This document shows, piece by piece, positions 50,101-54,717 of a stretch of 54,717 bases of DNA. A program made the translations under genes and the position numbers. Position 1 is the stretch's first letter. The number at the start of each line of letters is the position of its first letter. The notes below the pieces were generated by a model. It was not told the DNA's origin. It made no database searches and saw only the letters and a program-made list of their open reading frames with translations. The stretch comes from an uncultured Bacilli bacterium (GTDB lineage: Bacteria; Bacillota_I; Bacilli_A; RF39; UBA660): the NCBI GenBank assembly GCA_944358545.1, contig CALVRJ010000003.1, positions 1 to 54,717 of the forward strand, given 5' to 3'.

Positions 50101-51206
50101 TGTTCCTTATCCCAATCTGACTGTGCTTTTACAATATCTGGAAATTGATAGAAACCAATTATATCTTCTTTTTCAAATTCAGAACCCATTAAAATTCTAT
50201 ACGGAGTACCAGATAAGTGAATTCTAACTTTAGATTTTAATACTTTTACAATATTATCAGCATCTTCAAAATTTATATTTTCATCTTCTCTGGTATCTCT
50301 AACATCTCTTAATACAGCGCCATAACTCTCAGCTCTTGCACCAAAGTGTGTTTCATCGATTAGTAATAAATCTATTTGATTGTTAAATAGTTCTTGGTGT
50401 TTTTCTTTTATTTTAGTCCCTTGTAAATCTTGTAGTGTCAAAAATACAACAACTTTTCTACCATTTGTTAGTTTATTTTTTATAATTTTGTTATCTCTTA
50501 ATAATTGTTCACTTTCAATAAAATCATATTCTTTAAAATTTTCAGCACTTTGTACAGTCTTCTTCCACTCTTCTTTTACATCAGCTTTTGCTGAAACTAT
50601 TAAAACTACATTTGCATCCATTTCTAATGCACAGCACATTGATGTAAAACTCTTTCCAAATCTCATAACAGCATATAATAATAAATTTGTTCTACCTGCT
50701 GCATATGCTTTTTTAAAATTATTTACTACTTCTAGTTGGTTAGGTCTTAATTTCCAAATGCCTGTAGAAGCATATTCTGTGATTACTCTAAGATTATCAT
50801 TAGCATTATAAAATTGATATTTCATTAAATTTTCTTCAAAATCTCTTTTTATATCTTTGATGGCATCATCTATGTCAGATACGGAAGTTCCTTTAAAGAA
50901 CTCATTTGAAAAATAAATATTTTCATCAATATCTTTAGATGTTAATCTTTCTTTTTGTAAATCATTTTCTAAAAATTGATGTACAGAATAATCCCTAAAA
51001 AATATATCTTCTGATACCATAGCTTTAGTATCATATTTTTTTTCTAATTCGGGATAATGTTTTTTCCATTCATCTAATCTTACTGATACAGGTCTATAAG
51101 TGTCACCAATCTTTATATAATTAGGTACTGTATTTGTAGTAAAAGCATATATATGTGGTTCAACACGCCCAACAATAATTTTATCTAATAAGCTCAAATC
51201 TTTCAT
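47178..51206 (-). CDS. GIY-YIG/T5orf172-like nuclease - SF2 helicase - N6-adenine MTase - TRD fusion
   Basis: HIYAF...YIKIGDT...R; MRFGKS, IDETH, SGTPY, QAIFR; ILDIASKEG, FDIVVGNPPYQ; KVFIPRANN-type C-terminus. Confidence 0.85.
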   Translation of the reverse strand: MKDLSLLDKIIVGRVEPHIYAFTTNTVPNYIKIGDTYRPVSVRLDEWKKHYPELEKKYDTKAMVSEDIFFRDYSVHQFLENDLQKERLTSKDIDENIYFSNEFFKGTSVSDIDDAIKDIKRDFEENLMKYQFYNANDNLRVITEYASTGIWKLRPNQLEVVNNFKKAYAAGRTNLLLYAVMRFGKSFTSMCCALEMDANVVLIVSAKADVKEEWKKTVQSAENFKEYDFIESEQLLRDNKIIKNKLTNGRKVVVFLTLQDLQGTKIKEKHQELFNNQIDLLLIDETHFGARAESYGAVLRDVRDTREDENINFEDADNIVKVLKSKVRIHLSGTPYRILMGSEFEKEDIIGFYQFPDIVKAQSDWDKEHILDDSYKEWENPYYGFPQMVRFAFNPNKSIREKLLELKKLGITYAFSELFRPLSITKNSEGKHQKFKYETEILDLLEVIDGSKNDDEVLGFLDFDKIKEGKMCRHIVVVLPFCASCDSFEKLIKDNKDKFKNLNEYEIINISGVDESNSYRNINDIKYAIKNCERNNKKTITLTVNRMLTGSTVEEWDTMIYLKDTSSPQEYDQAIFRLQNQYVKEYVSEDGDIIKYNKKPQTLLVDFNPNRMFIMQETKSLIYNVNTENNGNDKLKDRLENELNISPIIVFDSNKLKQITAIDIMNYISNYSNSRSVLDESNALPVDFKLLNIDEIREIILKQAELGSKGGLKLVNTDDEVDDFEELSLEFDDELENQNNDTQNNSSNNTTDSNDLKKIIINKFKTYYVRILFYSFLSDSKLSSLKNIIGTYEDSNNQRILMNLELDINILKLIYENIDPFVLSQLDYKIQNINKLSNDESLNKIDRALIAINKFDKLSDSEIITPNKICNKMISTIPDSDIINVVNSGSNILDIASKEGEFIIAMYSKLKQLNLNEELINNCLYSIPTSKIAYEFTRKVYEILNLNVENIATSFTSYDLLNIKENNNLDLNKIKKYLLQNKKMSEIMLEDNLLYVEGDGKMKFDIVVGNPPYQEADGGAGASARPIYSDFVNISRSIANKYISLIIPSRWYVGGKGLDDFRISMLNDINIKEINDCLTPEDIFPNTNNRGGVCYLLWDKEYNNQDSKVRVISRKDNNIVSDMYRNMKLFDDNVFIRDNHAESILLKIKENEFFRSFSDLVSSRKPFGLDGNFARSKNLVDDKSKTNNIKCYIKGKNIKFTNAKNILNHNEWVNNWKVFIPRANNIGTELNDDNMNSFVGEPNTICTESYLTIGADLGMTENEANNLSKYLKTKFLRYLHSLLKSSQDATSKTFDYVPIQDISENSDIDWSKSIKEIDQQLYLKYELTDEEIEHIENSIKEM

Positions 51207-51221
51207 ATGATACCTCTCTTT

Positions 51222-52187
51222 CTACTTAATTAAAGATATAAATTTTATACTTCTATTAGTTTTCCAATTCATAACTTTGCAATAAATCCCATTGTGATTT
51301 TTAGGTTTATTTTTTTTGCATCCTAAACATTCTTCATTATGTTCAATATCTCCAAATAAAGTTAATTCGATTTTTTTTTCATTTTTGCAACTATTTGGAA
51401 TGACAAATTTTAATCCATCCATTTGCCAAATGTTCCAACTTATTATCTCAGCTATTTTTTTTACTAATTCTATATTTGGTTTTTTATTAAATTTATCCTT
51501 ATAATAATCAATAAAAGTATATAATAAATTTTCTCTTGCAATTAAAACATTATCTCCTTGCCAATCATATCCATAAACGCTTTTCATTGCTTTAATCGAC
51601 CATTCTACCCATTCTGATTCATCATTCGCATTTTCTGAAACTATTCTTAACTTTCTATCTAACAATCCAATTCTATTTTTTATTTTTATGCTTTTACCTG
51701 TTACTGAATCATATCTGCTTACAAGATATGGTGCTTCGCCACATGAAATTTCTAATCTCGTACTATTAATATAATCTTGCCATGTTTTGCTTTCAGGAAA
51801 ATATATCTTTTCTTCTACTGTTTCCCAGCTATCTTTGTTAGATTTATTAAATACAATATCTCGTTCGAACCAAGCCTCGTCTACTAAATTGTTTTGATTA
51901 TTACAAATCCATGAAGGGGTGAAAACTTCTGCATTTTCTTTTATTCTTTTATTTTTTTCTTGAGCTGATTTTTTTGATCTTGGCTTTATTACTTCTCTAT
52001 AATTACCAGTTATCTTATCAACTGTAATTTCATCTTCAAAATTAAATCTATTACCATATTCCTTATAATTATCCGTTGCCCAAATAATATTTTTTTTACT
52101 ACTATGATCAAACAGAAGTATATTTAAAATTTCAGCATCAACTAATAATAAGTTTTCCTCTTTTACATCAACTAATTCTCTAAACAA
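51222..52187 (-). CDS. RM-associated methyltransferase-like subunit lacking the catalytic NPPY motif
   Basis: IIWATD, AEVFTPSW, LEISCGEAPYL, YGYDWQGD, WQMDG; no (D/N)PP(Y/F); Cys/His-rich C-terminus. Confidence 0.8.
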   Translation of the reverse strand: MFRELVDVKEENLLLVDAEILNILLFDHSSKKNIIWATDNYKEYGNRFNFEDEITVDKITGNYREVIKPRSKKSAQEKNKRIKENAEVFTPSWICNNQNNLVDEAWFERDIVFNKSNKDSWETVEEKIYFPESKTWQDYINSTRLEISCGEAPYLVSRYDSVTGKSIKIKNRIGLLDRKLRIVSENANDESEWVEWSIKAMKSVYGYDWQGDNVLIARENLLYTFIDYYKDKFNKKPNIELVKKIAEIISWNIWQMDGLKFVIPNSCKNEKKIELTLFGDIEHNEECLGCKKNKPKNHNGIYCKVMNWKTNRSIKFISLIK

Positions 52188-52216
52188 GTTTTCACCTCCC
52201 TGACATTTTTATTTAA

Positions 52217-52738
52217 CTAAAAATCTTTTGGCAATTTGCTGTAATCATATTTATTTTGAGCTTTTACCAATTCATCAAAAGCATATTTTATATCTTCTAT
52301 AGCTTTATCTATCGTATATAAACTATCTTTGTTTTCTTGCATTAATTTTAAATGTTCCATAGTATAAAATAATTTTCCTCTTGCATCATTCACTACTGCT
52401 CTTTTTTTAGCATCCCAATCTAATAAATCTAATTGGGACTTTTTATATCTTTCTATCATATCTTTTAAATCCCTTGTGGATTTATTTTTATATCTATCTA
52501 ATGATAAATAATCAAGAAATTCGTCATATCCTGCTACTTTTAATAACTTTTTTAAAGATAAGTCTAATGTTTCAGCTATCTTTTTTAATGCATCTACATC
52601 TATTTTTTTTATTTTACCATTAATAATATCATTTAAAGTACTTCTACTGATTCCTGATAACTTTGCAAGTTCTCTTTGTGATATTCCTTTAGCTTCTCTA
52701 GCACTTTCAATAATACTTTTAAGTTCTTCTGAATTCAT
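52217..52738 (-). CDS. XRE-family HTH repressor
   Basis: REAKGISQRELAKLSGISRSTLNDIING; start re-placed at ATG 52738. Confidence 0.9.
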   Translation of the reverse strand: MNSEELKSIIESAREAKGISQRELAKLSGISRSTLNDIINGKIKKIDVDALKKIAETLDLSLKKLLKVAGYDEFLDYLSLDRYKNKSTRDLKDMIERYKKSQLDLLDWDAKKRAVVNDARGKLFYTMEHLKLMQENKDSLYTIDKAIEDIKYAFDELVKAQNKYDYSKLPKDF

Positions 52739-52778
52739 ATATTCACTTCTTTCTCCCATTTTTTCTTCTTCTTAACTA

Positions 52779-52807
52779 ATTTTATCATTTTTTTAAAAAT
52801 GTGTCTA
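52779..52807 (-). promoter_or_regulatory. Leftward promoter (repressor + defence operon)
   Basis: TAGACA-17-TAAAAT with TGn extension. Confidence 0.7.
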
Positions 52808-52878
52808 TAATTTCGGACAAAAAGTATTGACAAGTTTTCCGGACAATGTTATATTTTAATTGACTGATATTTCGGACA
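52802..52878. promoter_or_regulatory. Three operator-like sites TG(T/A)C-N10-GACA
   Basis: 52802-52819, 52828-52845, 52861-52878; the first two overlap the two -35 elements. Confidence 0.7.
52827..52855 (+). promoter_or_regulatory. Rightward (early) promoter
   Basis: TTGACA-17-TATATT with TGn extension. Confidence 0.8.
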
Positions 52879-52897
52879 CAAAATATTAAGTTAAATT

Positions 52898-52912
52898 TGT
52901 TCTTTGAAAACT
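52898..52912 (+). promoter_or_regulatory. boxA-like antitermination motif
   Basis: TGTTCTTTGAAAACT resembles the Bacillota rrn boxA. Confidence 0.55.
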
Positions 52913-52998
52913 TAGTCTTAGTGGAAATCGCCGATATGCCATTAAGTAAAAAATGCAAGGCAGAAATTATCCTCATACTGGCAAAGAGGAGTTATGGT

Positions 52999-53079
52999 AT
53001 GACTAATATATCAAGTTATGAAATAACTAAAATTTCACGAAGGGTTTATGCCCGAAAGTACTCTACCCTTTTTAGATAA
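52999..53079 (+). CDS. Possible 26-aa leader peptide
   Basis: GAGGAG RBS 7 nt before ATG; MTNISSYEITKISRRVYARKYSTLFR. Confidence 0.35.
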   Translation: MTNISSYEITKISRRVYARKYSTLFR

Positions 53080-53099
53080 TGAAGGAGGTGAAAAAATAT

Positions 53100-53417
53100 A
53101 TGAAACACTTTACTTCTATTAGAAATGATGTTTTAGAAAACTCTAAGTTATCATTAGGAGCTAAAGGACTATATTGCTTAATATGTTTTGATGTAACCGC
53201 ATCATTAAGACAACTACTATTAGATCCTAATACTAAAGCAGAAACTATAAAGTTTGCTAATGAATTAATGGAAAATGATTATGCACATTTCTTTGGCTTA
53301 GAAGAATGTGTTAGTAAAGATTCATATCTTGGTCTTAGTATCTCTATGCAACCTACTGATGAATATAAAAAAGTTGTTGATATAAGATACAAAAAATACG
53401 AAGAATTAGAAAGATAA
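53100..53417 (+). CDS. Short protein with a replication-initiator-type N-terminal HTH
   Basis: FTSIRNDVLENSKLSLGAKGLY motif; AAGGAGGTG RBS. Confidence 0.6.
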   Translation: MKHFTSIRNDVLENSKLSLGAKGLYCLICFDVTASLRQLLLDPNTKAETIKFANELMENDYAHFFGLEECVSKDSYLGLSISMQPTDEYKKVVDIRYKKYEELER

Positions 53418-53430
53418 AAGGAGGTGTAAT

Positions 53431-53694
53431 ATGACCGTAGATGAAACTTTAAAACTTATTGCACAACAATGGTGCAACTTATCAGATTTAATGAAACTTG
53501 CAAATATAGGCAGAAATTCAGCATTAACCATTAAAAGTAAAATCAAAAATGATTTAGAAAGTAAAGGTTATTATGTTCCAAAGAACGCTGTACCAATGCA
53601 AGAAGTTGTTAAATATTTAAATATCGATATTGATTATTTAGAATCAAGAAGTAAAAATTTGAAGGGAGATGTTAAAATTGCTCAAACCTATTGA
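53431..53694 (+). CDS. Excisionase-like HTH protein (ICEBs1 Xis-like)
   Basis: DLMKLANIGRNSALTI...DLESKGYYVPKNAVP resembles the Xis pattern; AGGAGGTG RBS. Confidence 0.55.
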   Translation: MTVDETLKLIAQQWCNLSDLMKLANIGRNSALTIKSKIKNDLESKGYYVPKNAVPMQEVVKYLNIDIDYLESRSKNLKGDVKIAQTY

Positions 53695-54634
53695 AAAAGT
53701 AGATACAAGCATAAAAAAAGACATCATCATAAATAATATAATGAAGTCTAAAGGCGTGTATCTACTAGTGTCTAATCCAAAAGTAGGAAAGTCTATGTTG
53801 GCACTGCAACTTTCCTGCTCCGTTATTAACGGAACACCATTTTTAGGACAAAAAGTAAATCACTCACCTGTTTTATATGTTACCACAGAATCCGATGCTG
53901 GTCAATTAAAGGAACGTCTAGAATTTCTAGAACTTTCCGCAAAAAACGACTCGCTATTTATAATAGATAGACAAACAAAAGCTAATATATCGTTAAGAGA
54001 TATAGAATATGATATTAAAGTTTTTGCTGAAGATTATAATGGTAAATTAATAATATTAGATATGTTAAAAGATGTTGATTTTGGAGTTCAATATGACATT
54101 AATAATTATCAAGATGTTGCTCAGCAGGTATTTCCAAAATTAAGAACTTATTGTGATAAATATAACGTTACTTTTTTAGTTACACATCATCTAAATAAAA
54201 CTGGTAAAACTTTAGGAAGTGTTGCATTAAATGCAACAGTAGATGGTAGAATCACTTTAATAGAAAATAAATCTAATAAAAGATATGTTAAATTGCAAAC
54301 AATTAATAGAGATTTTCCAGAATTAGATATTCAATTAAAAAAATTAGATAATCTTATATTTCAAAAAATAAATTCTATTGAAGATGATGAACTATCATAT
54401 GAAATGACTTCTTTTATAAAGTATGTTGCTAGTCAAAAAGAAATTGATTTTACTTGTACTGATATTGTGTTAAAAGCCAATATACCAATGTCACCTAAGA
54501 GATTTGGTAGACTACTTAATAGTAGTCTGGAACTCTTAGAAAGCGAAGGTGTTCATATCACTAAATGTAGAACTGCTGAAAGCAGATTATATCATGCTAC
54601 ATTTATAGAGCCTTCGCAAAATGAAGATGATTAA
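53678..54634 (+). CDS. AAA_25/RepA-DnaB-like ATPase (helicase-like)
   Basis: Walker A SNPKVGKS, Walker B IILD, VTHHLNK...LGSVAL; TTG start at 53678 fits RBS spacing (track start 53669). Confidence 0.8.
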   Translation: MLKPIEKVDTSIKKDIIINNIMKSKGVYLLVSNPKVGKSMLALQLSCSVINGTPFLGQKVNHSPVLYVTTESDAGQLKERLEFLELSAKNDSLFIIDRQTKANISLRDIEYDIKVFAEDYNGKLIILDMLKDVDFGVQYDINNYQDVAQQVFPKLRTYCDKYNVTFLVTHHLNKTGKTLGSVALNATVDGRITLIENKSNKRYVKLQTINRDFPELDIQLKKLDNLIFQKINSIEDDELSYEMTSFIKYVASQKEIDFTCTDIVLKANIPMSPKRFGRLLNSSLELLESEGVHITKCRTAESRLYHATFIEPSQNEDD

Positions 54635-54717
54635 TGTGGCACGTTTGGTACTATAAAAGTGTAATAAGTAAATCTTTTAACAAGATTGAACATTACACTA
54701 TTTTATATTATGATTGA

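Larger units (their letters stand above)
42847..54717. mobile_element. Putative integrated element (IME/satellite/prophage-like) with defence cargo; continues past the window
   Basis: att-like end, arm-like repeats, visibly more AT-rich codon style, XRE repressor divergent from Rep-HTH/Xis/AAA_25 genes; no integrase in the window. Confidence 0.75.

Noticed and set aside
1508-51504. Short antisense or alternate-frame ORFs in the track (e.g. 1508-1777, 7676-7897, 8777-9049, 21229-21582, 26016-26471, 31240-31686, 40914-41285, 48304-48726, 50380-50811)
   Set aside because: They lie within or opposite well-supported genes, lack RBS and family motifs, and are best explained as shadow ORFs.
52913-52998. 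c-di-GMP or other known riboswitch in the early leader
   Set aside because: Isolated GGAAA and GGCAAA words are present, but the required stems and tetraloop-receptor pattern could not be built.
52785-53079. ORFs 52785-52976 (-) and 52897-52998 part of the 60-aa ORF (+)
   Set aside because: They overlap the promoter/operator and leader region without an RBS; only the ATG at 52999 has one.
1-54717. Mycoplasma-type genetic code (TGA = Trp)
   Set aside because: Long conserved genes translate intact with code 11, Trp is TGG, and TGA serves as a stop (e.g. the response regulator at 22226-22228).
42847-54717. Integrase, transposase or phage structural genes
   Set aside because: No tyrosine or serine recombinase, DDE, terminase, portal or capsid motifs recognised; the integrase is presumed to lie outside the window.

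Overview
AT-rich, low-GC Bacillota (Bacilli-like) chromosome segment read with the standard code. An uncultured gut lineage such as RF39 is plausible, but that is inference from gene content only. Bases ~1-42,800 are mostly host backbone: two tandem paralogous hypothetical genes, topA, a metallophosphoesterase, a FemAB-type transferase, the str operon (rpsL-rpsG-fusA-tuf), a pilin-like protein, two YmfF/YmfH-like M16 peptidase pairs around deoD, a BceRS-BceAB-type module, tspO, a secreted surface protein, the yqfC-yqfD-vanZ-ybeY-dgkA-era-yqzL-recO cluster, nfeD/SPFH, a repeat-rich coiled-coil protein, dapA, and a LexA-boxed Y-family polymerase/YolD pair near rarA. From ~42,840 to the window end there appears to be an integrated mobile element. 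Its left edge has a tRNA-3'-end-like att remnant and tandem integrase-arm-like repeats. Its right part has a phage-like switch (XRE repressor, three operators, divergent promoters, boxA-like leader) and early genes (Rep-HTH-like, Xis-like, AAA_25 helicase-like). Between them lies a compact defence cargo: half-methyltransferase, GIY-YIG-helicase-MTase fusion, GmrSD, an unknown membrane protein coupled to a ThsB-like TIR gene, and a convergent gene with the motif pattern of a proteasome-beta/HslV-like Ntn hydrolase. The best candidates for undescribed biology are the TIR + membrane protein pair (no ThsA in the window) and the Ser1 proteasome-like protein. No rRNA, complete tRNA, CRISPR array, transposase or integrase gene was recognised. 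All family calls are by motif recognition; no database searches were run.
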